DNA of 24,559 bases from an uncultured bacterium (GTDB lineage: Bacteria; Verrucomicrobiota; Verrucomicrobiia; Verrucomicrobiales; DEV007), in contig CAXBMO010000044.1 of NCBI GenBank assembly GCA_963977015.1, forward strand, positions 1 to 24,559, read 5' to 3'. Numbering within the stretch: the first letter of the stretch is position 1; each line of letters opens with the position of its first letter. This document shows, piece after piece, positions 1-9,791 of the stretch. Made by a program: the position numbers and the translations under genes. Under the pieces are notes generated by a model that searched no databases, had not been told where the DNA came from, and saw only the letters and a list, made by a program, of their open reading frames with translations.

Positions 1-222
1 GGTGACCGCGACGATACCATGGCCCTAACATTTGCAGAAGATTTGTTACACTACCCTTTACCCGGGACGGTCGCATGCCGAGGGATCGCGATGACCCAGA
101 CTGGCAAACGGGCGCAAATTCTCGTCAATCCGTCGTCACCGGCAGAAAAATTGGGAGTTGGTTAAAAATCGCGCAGGAAAGTGTCCAAAATCCCGTGTTC
201 CAAGCCTCAGTAGTGCGCATCA

Positions 223-2178
223 ATGAGTTTTAAACCCCGCAACTCCTCATCCCGTGGCTTGATTGTTTTCCTGATGTTGGCTGGTTCGCCGCTTTCGGTC
301 CTGCCTGGCCGTGCGGCGACAGCAACGGAGGAGGATCCCGAGTTCGCGGCGTTGCAGGCGGAGGCGATCGAGACGTTCAGCAAAGGCGGGCGCGTGGACA
401 AGTTCATCCGGACGTATTGCGCGGATTGCCACGGGGATAAACGGGCGAAGGCGGGGATGAATCTTCAACGGTCGCTGAGGAGCCCGGGCAAAGTGACGTA
501 TCGCAAGCATTGGAAGGCGGCGGTGACGTTCATCGAGTCGCTGGAGATGCCGCCGGATGATGAGGAGATGCTGCCGACGGATGAGGAGCGCCGCCAGTTT
601 AAGGAGTGGGTCGGCCAACTCAAATATCTGAGCCCAAAGGATCCCGGGCCGTTTGAGATGCGCCGCCTGAACAAGATGGAGTTTGGGAATACCTTGCGCG
701 ATCTTTACGGAGTGGATCCGTCGATTGCCGATGAGTTGCCGGATGAAGTGATTGGCGCCGGGTATCTGAATTCGCTGTCGCCACTGCAGTCGGAGCAGTA
801 TCTCGGAATCGCCAACGCGGTGGTGGATCAGGTTTTGGCGGCTGAGGGGGAAGCGCCGACGGAGGTTCAAAAGCGTCTGTTCGGCGAGACGCCCGCTTCG
901 GAGGCGGACGCCCGCGCCACGGCGGATAACGTGGCTCGGTCGCTGGCGCGGGATGCATTTCGACGGCCCCCTTCGGACGCGGAGGTGGCGGTGCTGATGC
1001 AGGTTTACGATTTGGCTCGCGAGAATGACCTGACTCATCCGGCGGGCCTGCGCCTGATGCTGAAGGCGATCCTGGTTTCGCCGCAGTTTCTTTACATCAC
1101 GCCAGCCGGAGAGGTGAAAACGGAGAAGGCAATTGTTCCGCTGGACGATTATCAATTGGCGTCGCGACTTTCGTATCTGTTGTGGTCGACCATGCCAGAT
1201 GCAGAGTTGTTCGAGTTGGCGGATCGCGGGAAACTGCACGAGCCGGCGGTGCTGCGGGCCCAGGTAAAACGACTGCTGGCGGACGATCGGTCGCGGGCGT
1301 TGTTCGATGGATTTGGCGCTCAGTGGTTGGGGCTGGCTGACCTGAAGACCAAGACGTTCGACACCGACAAGTTTCCCCTGATGACCGAGGACATGCGTCA
1401 GGCGATGTCCGATGAGGCGCGGCTTTTTTTCCAGAGCATCGTTCAGGAAAACCAGAGCGTGGTGCGATTCATCGACAGCGATTACACCTTTCTCAACGGG
1501 AAGCTGGCAACGCTTTACGGGCTGGAGAAGAGCGTGACCGGGCCCGAGATGCGCCGGGTGAGCCTGACGAACCAGAATCGCGGCGGGATTCTGGGAATGC
1601 CCGGCGTCCTGGCGACGACGTCCTTCCCCAACCGCACGAGCCCGGTGAAACGCGGCGTGTGGGTGCTGGAACAGGTGCTGGGGGAACACGTGCCGCCCGC
1701 GCCGCCGAATGTGCCGACTTTGGAGAAGCAGAATAAAAAGGAGGTGGCGAATCTGACGCTGCGCCAGCGGACGGAGCTGCACCAGTCCAACGCCTCGTGC
1801 GCCGCGTGCCACAGGATTCTGGACCCGATTGGTTTTGGCCTGGAGAACTTTGATGCCATCGGCCGTTGGCGCGATCAGGATGATTCCGGCGGGGCGATTG
1901 ATTCGGCGGGAGTCTTGCCGAGCGGCGAGAAGTTCACAACGCCCCGGGAGTTGAAGAGCATCATCGCCACCCGGAAAGAGGCGTTGGCGAGGAACCTGGC
2001 GGAAAAACTTCTGTCCTACGCACTTTGTCGAAAGTTGGACGGCTACGACGAGGTGGTGGTGGATAACCTGGTGGAAACCATCGCCAAGGATGACTATCGC
2101 ATGCAGACGCTGATCAGCGAAATCGTGACCAGCTATCCCTTTACGCAACGCCGAGTCCGCAAAATCGACGCCAAATAA
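223..2178 (+). CDS. DUF1592-family (planctomycete-type cytochrome c; PSCyt/PSD domains DUF1587-1595-1592-1588-1585) exported protein
   Basis: 651-aa ORF with signal peptide and two CxxCH haem motifs (YCADCHG, SCAACHR). Family motifs: [64 protein letters not shown]. Confidence 0.92.
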   Translation: MSFKPRNSSSRGLIVFLMLAGSPLSVLPGRAATATEEDPEFAALQAEAIETFSKGGRVDKFIRTYCADCHGDKRAKAGMNLQRSLRSPGKVTYRKHWKAAVTFIESLEMPPDDEEMLPTDEERRQFKEWVGQLKYLSPKDPGPFEMRRLNKMEFGNTLRDLYGVDPSIADELPDEVIGAGYLNSLSPLQSEQYLGIANAVVDQVLAAEGEAPTEVQKRLFGETPASEADARATADNVARSLARDAFRRPPSDAEVAVLMQVYDLARENDLTHPAGLRLMLKAILVSPQFLYITPAGEVKTEKAIVPLDDYQLASRLSYLLWSTMPDAELFELADRGKLHEPAVLRAQVKRLLADDRSRALFDGFGAQWLGLADLKTKTFDTDKFPLMTEDMRQAMSDEARLFFQSIVQENQSVVRFIDSDYTFLNGKLATLYGLEKSVTGPEMRRVSLTNQNRGGILGMPGVLATTSFPNRTSPVKRGVWVLEQVLGEHVPPAPPNVPTLEKQNKKEVANLTLRQRTELHQSNASCAACHRILDPIGFGLENFDAIGRWRDQDDSGGAIDSAGVLPSGEKFTTPRELKSIIATRKEALARNLAEKLLSYALCRKLDGYDEVVVDNLVETIAKDDYRMQTLISEIVTSYPFTQRRVRKIDAK

Positions 2179-2181
2179 CCC

Positions 2182-3549
2182 ATGGAAAAAAGCACCCTGA
2201 TCAATCGCCGCACCTGCCTGAAAGGGGCCGGAGTTTCCCTTGCCCTTCCGCTCCTCGAGACCATGGGCTGGGCCGCCAAGACGTCCAAGCCGCCGCTCCG
2301 CCTTGGATTCATGTACATGCCCCACGGCGTCATCCCGGATCAATTCTGGCCCACCAATCCGGAAACCTTTCTCACCGATCCGACTCCGGCGCTGAAGTCG
2401 CTCCAGCCCGTGCTCGACCAGTGCCTGATGATGAAAGGCATCTCAGGCGTGCCAATTTCTCCCTTCAACGGCGCGCCGCACGCGCTGGAATTGTCCACCT
2501 GGCTCACGGCGCAGTTGCCCGATCCACCCACGCGGCACCGCATCAACATTTCGGTTTCTGCCGATCAGATCGCCGCAAACTACGTCGGCGCCCTGACCTC
2601 ACTGCCGTCCCTGGAGTTGGCCACCATGCCTCAGACGCACAAGGAGAACCAGGAGGGCCTGCACGAAGGCTATTACAACTACTGCAGCTATCGCTCGTCG
2701 ACTCAGCCCGTTCCCGCGATCACCAATCCGCGCAGCGTCTTGAAACGGCTCTTCGGCCAATCTGAAAAAGCCGGGCAAGTTTCGCAGGTGGACCCGATGG
2801 ATCAGAAGATGCTGGACCTCGTCCTCGACGGCGCCAAGAATTTGCGCCGGACGTTGCCCCAGTCGGATCAGCACAAACTGGACGAATATCTGGACAGCGT
2901 GCGCGCCGTGGAACGCCGAATCGCGGCGATCGAATCCCGCCAGAAAGAGGCCGCGTTTGAAAAGGCCGGCGTCAGCACCCACAAGCGCGCGACCGATTCC
3001 CCACCCATCGAAATCAAGATCCCCGAGGGGGGCAAGCGCAGCGAATACATGCAGGTGATGTGCGACCTCAACATCCTGGCCTTCCAGACGGACACGACCC
3101 GCGTCAGCACCTACATCGGCTCCCTGCCGAACGGCGTTTCCTATCCGGAACTGGGCTTCCGGGACGAGCACCACGCCATGACCCACCACAAGAAGGACCC
3201 GGAAAAAGTCCGCAAAGTCGCTGCGATTACCAAGTTCAACATCGATCAATTCGCCTACATGATAAAGCGGATGCGCAGCCTCAAGGAAGGCGACGGCACC
3301 CTGCTGGACAACTGCATCATGATGTGGGGAACCGGCTTGGAAGACGGCGACCGGCACAGTCGCGAGAATCTGCCATTCATCATTGCGGGAGGAGGAAGCG
3401 GCTCGCTCAATACCGGCAAATTCTTTCCCAACACCAAAGGCAACCAGGGCGACCTGCTCACCACCATTCTCGGCTGCGCCGGCATTCCGCTGGATCGCAA
3501 CATCGGCATCGCGACGAAGACGTTCCCGGAATTGGTGCGCCAGTCCTGA
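2182..3549 (+). CDS. DUF1552 (HXXSHH-family) protein, Tat-exported
   Basis: Tat-like [59 protein letters not shown] motif, EGDGTLLDN. Lies 3 bp after the DUF1592 gene, its usual partner. Confidence 0.92.
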   Translation: MEKSTLINRRTCLKGAGVSLALPLLETMGWAAKTSKPPLRLGFMYMPHGVIPDQFWPTNPETFLTDPTPALKSLQPVLDQCLMMKGISGVPISPFNGAPHALELSTWLTAQLPDPPTRHRINISVSADQIAANYVGALTSLPSLELATMPQTHKENQEGLHEGYYNYCSYRSSTQPVPAITNPRSVLKRLFGQSEKAGQVSQVDPMDQKMLDLVLDGAKNLRRTLPQSDQHKLDEYLDSVRAVERRIAAIESRQKEAAFEKAGVSTHKRATDSPPIEIKIPEGGKRSEYMQVMCDLNILAFQTDTTRVSTYIGSLPNGVSYPELGFRDEHHAMTHHKKDPEKVRKVAAITKFNIDQFAYMIKRMRSLKEGDGTLLDNCIMMWGTGLEDGDRHSRENLPFIIAGGGSGSLNTGKFFPNTKGNQGDLLTTILGCAGIPLDRNIGIATKTFPELVRQS

Positions 3550-3643
3550 GCCCCGGTCCGCGGCGATTCGCGCGTGAAACCGCGTTCCATCGAGTCCCAA
3601 TCGTCCGGCTTTACCCGGGGTTGATTCTCGGCATGTTAGCGTC

Positions 3644-4321
3644 ATGGCCGAAGATCCGCCAATTCCCCTGAAAACCCGCATGCTCCGGCGTTACGAAGCC
3701 GAGCCGACCGTGTTTGCGACCGAAGGTGGTGATCCGCCGATGGAGTTGTTTTCGCCGTTTGGGCCGATGATCGGCCGCTACCGGTTGCCGCAGCCGTTGT
3801 TGGACCAGCTCAACACATTTGCCGATTCCCAAATCAAACCCGCGACGAGTTCGGAGTTTCTGGTTCCGGATTCCATTGTTTATGAGGGTGAGAAGCGATC
3901 GCTGGGGTACCTGACCGCGCATTGGATCGCGCGTTATCTGCAGGCGGTCGATCAGATCCCGGTCAAAGGCGTCAACTTCGAGAATTTCTGGGTGGTGAGC
4001 CAATATGCGGGAACTCCAAGCCCGGTGCATTTTCATTCCTCAGATGTGTCCGGCGTTCTGTATCTGAAGTTGCCGGAAGTTGAGAATGAGGAGGAGCAGG
4101 ACAGCCTTACCTATATCTCCGGTCGTCAGGCAGGATACATCAACTTCATCACGGGCGGACGACAGCCGTTCTCCAAATCCGTTGTCAGCTTTAAACCGGC
4201 GATCGGCGATTTTTACCTCTTTCCCGGTTGGCTCCTCCACGGTGCGGAACCGTTTCAGGGAAAAGGCGAACGCCGCTCACTCGCGTTCAACGCGACGATC
4301 ACGTTTGAGGAGATCGCGTAG
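3644..4321 (+). CDS. Putative 2OG-Fe(II) oxygenase (TIGR02466-like)
   Basis: HxH in PVHFHSSDVSGVLYL, distal His in FPGWLLHGAEPF, and terminal RRSLAFN, as in this double-stranded beta-helix family. Confidence 0.8.
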   Translation: MAEDPPIPLKTRMLRRYEAEPTVFATEGGDPPMELFSPFGPMIGRYRLPQPLLDQLNTFADSQIKPATSSEFLVPDSIVYEGEKRSLGYLTAHWIARYLQAVDQIPVKGVNFENFWVVSQYAGTPSPVHFHSSDVSGVLYLKLPEVENEEEQDSLTYISGRQAGYINFITGGRQPFSKSVVSFKPAIGDFYLFPGWLLHGAEPFQGKGERRSLAFNATITFEEIA

Positions 4322-4542
4322 CCGCTGTCGACGATGCCCTAGACGCAAGGGCCCTGGTTTCGAGAAAATATTTGCTTCGGTGAGGGAAAATCTTGGACGG
4401 GTGAACAACTCCGGCGAAGTTTCTTTCGCGAAAAAGGGAATCGGCTGTCACCCGGGTTCTGCGCTGGCGTCAAAGAGCGGGCGCACGATTTTCTGACGAT
4501 TCCCTAACGCGACACGAACTCTCGCGCTTTCTCTTCCCTTTC

Positions 4543-5448
4543 ATGACAACTTCCCGCTGGATCTCCTTTCGAAACTCCGTTCTCAGTTGCTTCGGCACCT
4601 GCATCGCGGGTTTGCTCTACGCAATCGCGCTGCACTACTTCGTGTTTCCATCACGAGTCATCCTAACAGGGTTCGAAGGGCTGGCCGCTGCCACCGCCTA
4701 TTACTTCGACGATCAGCGTCTCTTCCTGCTGATCTACGCGATCTCGCAGGCCATTCTCATCGTGTTCGCCTTTTTTCGGATCAGCCGGGTGTTCGCCTTC
4801 CGCACCGTGCTCACCGTCGGAACCGTGATCGGGGCGCTGCTGATTTTGCCGGACCTGGAGTTCGCCAGTCCGGAGTCGAGTAATGAGCGGATTATCCTGG
4901 TGCTGTTCGGCGGGATTCTCGCGGGCCTCGCCAAGGCCCTCGCCCTGCGTCTCCGGGGCTCGACCGGTGATGAGGACATTCTCGGGGCCTGGTTCGCGAT
5001 GCGCTATCTCAAGCCGGTCGGCCACATCGCCATCTTCGCCGCCGCGGTATCCACGACCTACGGATTGATCCTGGCTTACCTGGAGCAGGGAAATATCGAA
5101 CCCGTGGTGAACACGCTGATGTACACCAGCATCTACATTTTCACTTCGGCGGAGACGCTCAACAATTTCTTCCGCAAGTTCAAGCTGGTGCTCTTCACCG
5201 CGTTCGGGGAGGACCCGAAGAAGATCGGTTCCTGCATTACCGATGTGGCGCCGCACCGGACCTACACGATTCAGAATGCGGTGGGCGGATACAGCAACGA
5301 GGAGATGAAACTGGTCCGGACCATCATCACCCACGAAGAGCTGCCGGAGATCCTCGACCGGGTTCAGGAATCCTGTCCCGACGCCTTCTGGTTCCATCAT
5401 GACGTCGAGGGAATCTCGACCCGCTACTACATCAAACCGATCGGGTGA
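4543..5448 (+). CDS. YitT-family membrane protein with C-terminal DUF2179-like domain
   Basis: About 5-6 hydrophobic helices, motif GSTGDEDI (cf. GSTGGxDI) and C-terminal GGYSNEEMKLVRTII...PDAF. Confidence 0.85.
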   Translation: MTTSRWISFRNSVLSCFGTCIAGLLYAIALHYFVFPSRVILTGFEGLAAATAYYFDDQRLFLLIYAISQAILIVFAFFRISRVFAFRTVLTVGTVIGALLILPDLEFASPESSNERIILVLFGGILAGLAKALALRLRGSTGDEDILGAWFAMRYLKPVGHIAIFAAAVSTTYGLILAYLEQGNIEPVVNTLMYTSIYIFTSAETLNNFFRKFKLVLFTAFGEDPKKIGSCITDVAPHRTYTIQNAVGGYSNEEMKLVRTIITHEELPEILDRVQESCPDAFWFHHDVEGISTRYYIKPIG

Positions 5449-5495
5449 ACGGGAGATGGTCGACCGTCGTCAAAGCGCAATTGGTGCGTCGATGT

Positions 5496-6707
5496 TTACC
5501 GCCCTTTCAACCGCGCGACATAGGCGCTGACGGGGCGGCCGGAAGCTTTCGCGCCCCAGGACGAGGCCCAAATCACCCGCTTGCCGTCGGGAGATGGAAC
5601 GGCGTGTGCTTCGGTCAGGTAGTCCGTCCGCGGCGCATGAAGATGGGCGATGCGTTCCACGATCTGGCTCCCGTCGAGTTTCACCGCGACCACCTCGTTC
5701 CAGAAAGGAGGCCAGTCCGGGCCGCTGTATTGATAGGTGACGTAGGCCCAGCCGGGCCGGTCCAGGTTGCGCGTCGAGGAGTGTCCGGCAAAGCCGCCTG
5801 AAGTCAGAACGGTAACCGCGCCATCCCGAAGGCGGCGCTTGATGACGCGCCCCAGATCGGGCTTCGATTTTGACACTCCCACGGCAATATCATCCCCGTT
5901 TTCGTCAATCGTGAGGTCGAAGTGGCTGGGTCGGCCATACTCGCTCCACAGCGCTCCGATCCTGTTTCCCTGCAAATCGTAGACTTGGGATTGATCACCC
6001 TGCCCTTCGCTGAATTTCCCATTTGCCACGAGGTATTTCCCAGAAGTGGAAATCGACACCCAATCCAACCTGGCTATGGCAAATTCCACGTCCGGATACT
6101 TCGCCCGCTTCTCCAAATCGTAGACAAACGCCACCTGCCGCCCCCCATTTTTTGCCGAGATCGCCACCAACCGTCCGTCGTTTGAGAGATTACCTTCCCA
6201 CGGCCCGATGCCGAATTCCGAGTATCCCGGCAAGGTTACCACGATCTTGGTTGTGTCTTCCCGAACATTCCAAAATCCGATGGTGTTGTCTTTTACGAAC
6301 ACCATGTAATCCGGACGATTCGGAGTCCAGCGCGCCTCGGAGCCAGGCCCGATGTTGCGTCCGAAAACCGGCTTGTAGCTCGCTCCGTCGAGAAAAATCA
6401 TGGAAGGAAACCCGTGATGGGTGCGAATCCACAGCAGCGACTGGTCACAATTCCAGGCCCCCTCTTTGGAGTAACCGTGACGCGCGACGGCGTTCCAGAC
6501 GCTGTCCACTCCAGGAATCGCCGCGCCGGTATCACCCGTGACACGCGTGATTTCACTGCCGAAAACGGGATCGACAACGGTTTCCAGGTAGCCGGGTTTG
6601 GGGAGCTGCGGCATCTCCAGCTGCCGGGCGTGGGTAATTCCCAAGTCCTCTGCGCAGACTTGCCCGAGGCCCAGGATGAGGAGACACCAAATCGGGAGAA
6701 AGCGCAT
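5496..6707 (-). CDS. Exported TolB/PD40-like beta-propeller protein
   Basis: Start moved to ATG at 6707 (MRFLPIWCLLILGLGQVCA, a signal peptide). Propeller-blade motifs LSNDGRLVAI, ISTSGKYLV, AHAVPSPDGKRVIWASSW. Confidence 0.7.
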   Translation of the reverse strand: MRFLPIWCLLILGLGQVCAEDLGITHARQLEMPQLPKPGYLETVVDPVFGSEITRVTGDTGAAIPGVDSVWNAVARHGYSKEGAWNCDQSLLWIRTHHGFPSMIFLDGASYKPVFGRNIGPGSEARWTPNRPDYMVFVKDNTIGFWNVREDTTKIVVTLPGYSEFGIGPWEGNLSNDGRLVAISAKNGGRQVAFVYDLEKRAKYPDVEFAIARLDWVSISTSGKYLVANGKFSEGQGDQSQVYDLQGNRIGALWSEYGRPSHFDLTIDENGDDIAVGVSKSKPDLGRVIKRRLRDGAVTVLTSGGFAGHSSTRNLDRPGWAYVTYQYSGPDWPPFWNEVVAVKLDGSQIVERIAHLHAPRTDYLTEAHAVPSPDGKRVIWASSWGAKASGRPVSAYVARLKGR

Positions 6708-6751
6708 CTGGCATTCTCTGACAGGAAACCGGAGAGTCAACCCGACCGCGA

Positions 6752-9061
6752 CTACCGCTTCGCCTCAAGCATCCGCTTCACCCGCGCCTGCTCCTTCTCG
6801 AGCGCGGGACCCGTGACCGGCATCGGCTCGAAATCGGGATCGGGCGTGACCGTTTCCCCTTCCGGAATTTTGCGCCAGCGCACATTGCGATACCAGACGT
6901 CCTGCCCGTGATCCTGCAGTTTGATCTGTCCGCCTCGGCCGGTCAGGTCCCCACCGCGAATGCCGAGCAACTCGACGTATTCGGCCCACTTCGGATCCTT
7001 GTAGTCGAAGGAAATCACCGCCTCGCCATTGAGCCAGTGCTCGATCACGCTGCCCTGGCAGATGATGCGTCCGGTGTTCCACTCGCCAACGGGACGGGTA
7101 TTGTCTTTCTTTGGCGCCATGCAAAAGAAGAGCGAAGCCGCGGCCTGACGCGCATTCTCGCCATAGGGACTGTCGATGTTGTCGAGCACCTGGTATTCGA
7201 CCTGGCCGGGCCGGTAATAGACGCCGGAGTTACACCCTTTCGACACCTTCCATTCGAAACGCAGTTCGAAATCGTCCGGCACCTTCGCGGCGGTGTAGAC
7301 GAGATCGCCCCCGCGCTCCTTGCGATAGAAGGCTCCCTCGTCGTCGATGACCCAGTTGCCCTTTTGCTCCCAGCCGTCGAAGGTCTCGCCATCGGTGAGA
7401 AAGGTGAACCCGTGTTTCTTCTCCAAGCCCATGGGGCGGCTGATCAACATCTTCGCCTCTGATTTCGGCCCGCGGAATTCCTTCGCCATGACGTCTTCTT
7501 CGGTGAAGCGCGCCATCAGGATCTCGCCGTCGGCGGCCCGATTGCGATCGTAGGAGATGACGATGGTTCCGTCCGGTGCCTGGAAGCCGTCGGGATAGGA
7601 AATGCCCTCGCGCTCGTCGAGCACGAGCCCGCCCTGCCAACTCACGCCCTCGTCGTCGGAGAGCCAGGCGCTCAGTTGAACACGACCCGAGTGCGCATCG
7701 ATCTTGTCGCCGTGTTTCACCAGCAAAAGCTTGCCGGACTGGAGTCGGCGAATGAAAAAGCGCGCCACCGGATGCTTGATTGCTGACTCGACCGGCTCAC
7801 TCCAGGTTTTTCCGCTGTCCATGGAAGTGCTTTCCATGATGCCGCGCCTGGTCCGGGCCAACATCCAGAGCGATCCGTCCTTTTTCTCGACGATCATGTG
7901 CTCGTGCCAGTCGGGATCGGGAAACTTCACCGCGCCGCGTCGTTCCCAGGTTTCGCCTTCGTCGGTGGAGACGAACACGTTGGCTCCGCGCAGCGGGTCG
8001 AGTTCGGAAAAGCAGCCCCGGAATCCGCTCATGCCGGGACGTTGATCGAGCGAGAGCGGCAGCATCCATTCGCCGGTGGAGAGAACGGTCGGCTTGTTGA
8101 GCATGACGCCGTGCCAGATGCGGGTCGGTTCGGACCAGGTCGGCTCGTCGGCATCGGGATTATCGCAACGCGTCGCCCACCCCCCCGCGCGCCCGTCGAA
8201 CATGTGCATCGATTGATCGAAAAAGAGCCAGAGCCGGCCTTTCGGATCGGTCCAAAGATTGCCAACGAGAATGCTGCGTTTTTCGCCGAGTCCTTCTTCG
8301 TGGGAATCCAGCACCACTCGCGGATCAGACCAGCTTGCGCCCTCATCGTCGCTGCTCGCGAGCACGAAAAACGCGTCGGGGCTGTCGCCGCCGCCGACCC
8401 AACAGGCCCAGAGCCGTCCGCCGGGCGTGCGCTCGATTCCGATGGTCATGCCGTAGTCGAGCTTGTTGTAGCCATACTCCGGAAGCGGCGAGGTATTCAC
8501 CACCGGCGGCACCAAGGCGTGATCGGCGATCTTCTCCATCTTCGCGATCCGTGCGGCTTGTTCTTCCGGGGTCTCCGTAATTGCGGGACGGTGTGGCGAC
8601 GCGACCGCGAGCAGCTTGATCCCCACATTGTTTCCGAGAACCGGCACGGTGGTCTTGCCGAGCGAGAGTTTCTCCCCGTGCTCCATTCGCTTGCGGTAGG
8701 CGAAGGCGCGATGCACGTCGCCCTGCGACATCTGGAACTCGGGCGTGTCGACTTTTTCAAAGCCCAGCTTGAGCAAAGCCGCGGACTGATTGGCGGCATG
8801 TGACTGGCTCAAGGTCATGACGTAGAGCTCGCCGGGCGTGGTGCACTCGATGGTGTAGCCCTCGATCCGGGTGTGGAGAAATTGCTTCCCGAGCAGAATG
8901 TCCGGCGCTTCGATCAGGGTGTAGTCTCGATTGGTGAAAAGCTTCGCGCCTTCCTCCAGGGGATGGAGGGTCGTTTCGGGTCCGGCAGCGTGACCGGAGA
9001 ATGGGAGGCTTAGGGAAAAACACGTGGCGAGGGCCAGCGAGAGGATCGGGAGGTTTTTCAT
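6752..9061 (-). CDS. Exported sialidase-like (BNR/Asp-box propeller) protein fused to C-terminal DUF1080 (3-keto-disaccharide hydrolase-like) domain
   Basis: Signal peptide, four Asp-boxes (SSDDEGASWS, STDEGETWE, SMDSGKTWS, SDDEGVSWQ) and ISYPD. C-terminal DUF1080 motifs DGETFDGW, DFELRFEWK, NSGVYY, EYQVLD, GEWN, LQDHG..VWYRN. Confidence 0.88.
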   Translation of the reverse strand: MKNLPILSLALATCFSLSLPFSGHAAGPETTLHPLEEGAKLFTNRDYTLIEAPDILLGKQFLHTRIEGYTIECTTPGELYVMTLSQSHAANQSAALLKLGFEKVDTPEFQMSQGDVHRAFAYRKRMEHGEKLSLGKTTVPVLGNNVGIKLLAVASPHRPAITETPEEQAARIAKMEKIADHALVPPVVNTSPLPEYGYNKLDYGMTIGIERTPGGRLWACWVGGGDSPDAFFVLASSDDEGASWSDPRVVLDSHEEGLGEKRSILVGNLWTDPKGRLWLFFDQSMHMFDGRAGGWATRCDNPDADEPTWSEPTRIWHGVMLNKPTVLSTGEWMLPLSLDQRPGMSGFRGCFSELDPLRGANVFVSTDEGETWERRGAVKFPDPDWHEHMIVEKKDGSLWMLARTRRGIMESTSMDSGKTWSEPVESAIKHPVARFFIRRLQSGKLLLVKHGDKIDAHSGRVQLSAWLSDDEGVSWQGGLVLDEREGISYPDGFQAPDGTIVISYDRNRAADGEILMARFTEEDVMAKEFRGPKSEAKMLISRPMGLEKKHGFTFLTDGETFDGWEQKGNWVIDDEGAFYRKERGGDLVYTAAKVPDDFELRFEWKVSKGCNSGVYYRPGQVEYQVLDNIDSPYGENARQAAASLFFCMAPKKDNTRPVGEWNTGRIICQGSVIEHWLNGEAVISFDYKDPKWAEYVELLGIRGGDLTGRGGQIKLQDHGQDVWYRNVRWRKIPEGETVTPDPDFEPMPVTGPALEKEQARVKRMLEAKR

Positions 9062-9071
9062 AGTCGGTGGT

Positions 9072-9791
9072 TTAATTGGGAGAATTTTGGTTCAGGAGCG
9101 CCTGGTAGGCGTTGCGTAAAATCGAAAGGTCGGAGTCGATCGCGATATGGGTGAATCCGAGGTCCTGGTGGGCACCCAAAGTTTCCGCGTCGCGGAGGAG
9201 AATGCCGGTCTCTTTTCCGGCGGCTCGGGCCGCGCCGGAGATTTGCTGGATACAGCCGTCGAAGTCCGGAGCGGATTCGTCATCGGCCGTTGCAAGATCG
9301 TGTCGCAGGTCGGACGGCCCCACGAAGAGCACATCGATGCCCTCGACCTTCGCAATCGACGCGGAAGCGGCGACGCCGGCACGGGTCTCGATCTGCGCCA
9401 TCACGAGGGGCGCTTCCGGGTGTGATGTCAGCCCGTAGCCGGTCGCCGGAACGGTTCGGGAAAATCCCCGTCGTCCCCGGGGCGCGTGGTAGGCAGCGTC
9501 GACGATCACCCGGGCGGTTTCCGCCGTCTCCACCCGCGGCACCATGAGGCCATCCGCCCCCCAATCGAGCACCCGGGCGATCTGGTCCGGAAATGGCCCC
9601 GCGACCCGGACAATTCCCCGGGTCGTGGTTCCCCGGATCGCGCGGAGCTGGTCCGGGAGCCGGGCCTCGGCCTCGCAGCCGTGTTCGAGGTCAAAAAGGA
9701 CCCAGTCGAACCCGGACAGCGCGGCAAGTTCCGCGACTACAGGCGAACCGACCGAGAGCCAGGTTCCGATTTTCAGGGACGGTGAGTTCAT
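9072..9791 (-). CDS. HpcH/HpaI (class II pyruvate) aldolase family protein
   Basis: GFDWVLFDLEHG, IVRV, LDWGADGLMVPRVE, AQIET, LFVGPSDL. The catalytic Arg/His and metal-binding Glu/Asp motifs are present. Confidence 0.9.
   Translation of the reverse strand: MNSPSLKIGTWLSVGSPVVAELAALSGFDWVLFDLEHGCEAEARLPDQLRAIRGTTTRGIVRVAGPFPDQIARVLDWGADGLMVPRVETAETARVIVDAAYHAPRGRRGFSRTVPATGYGLTSHPEAPLVMAQIETRAGVAASASIAKVEGIDVLFVGPSDLRHDLATADDESAPDFDGCIQQISGAARAAGKETGILLRDAETLGAHQDLGFTHIAIDSDLSILRNAYQALLNQNSPN

Noticed and set aside
247-2343. 698-aa antisense ORF
   Set aside because: Shadow ORF opposite the well-supported DUF1592 gene; no recognisable motifs; expected in GC-rich DNA.
2599-3681. 360-aa antisense ORF and the other overlapping ORFs of 60-312 aa in the track
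   Set aside because: They overlap confident genes, have R/P/G-rich or mirror-frame composition and carry no domain motifs.
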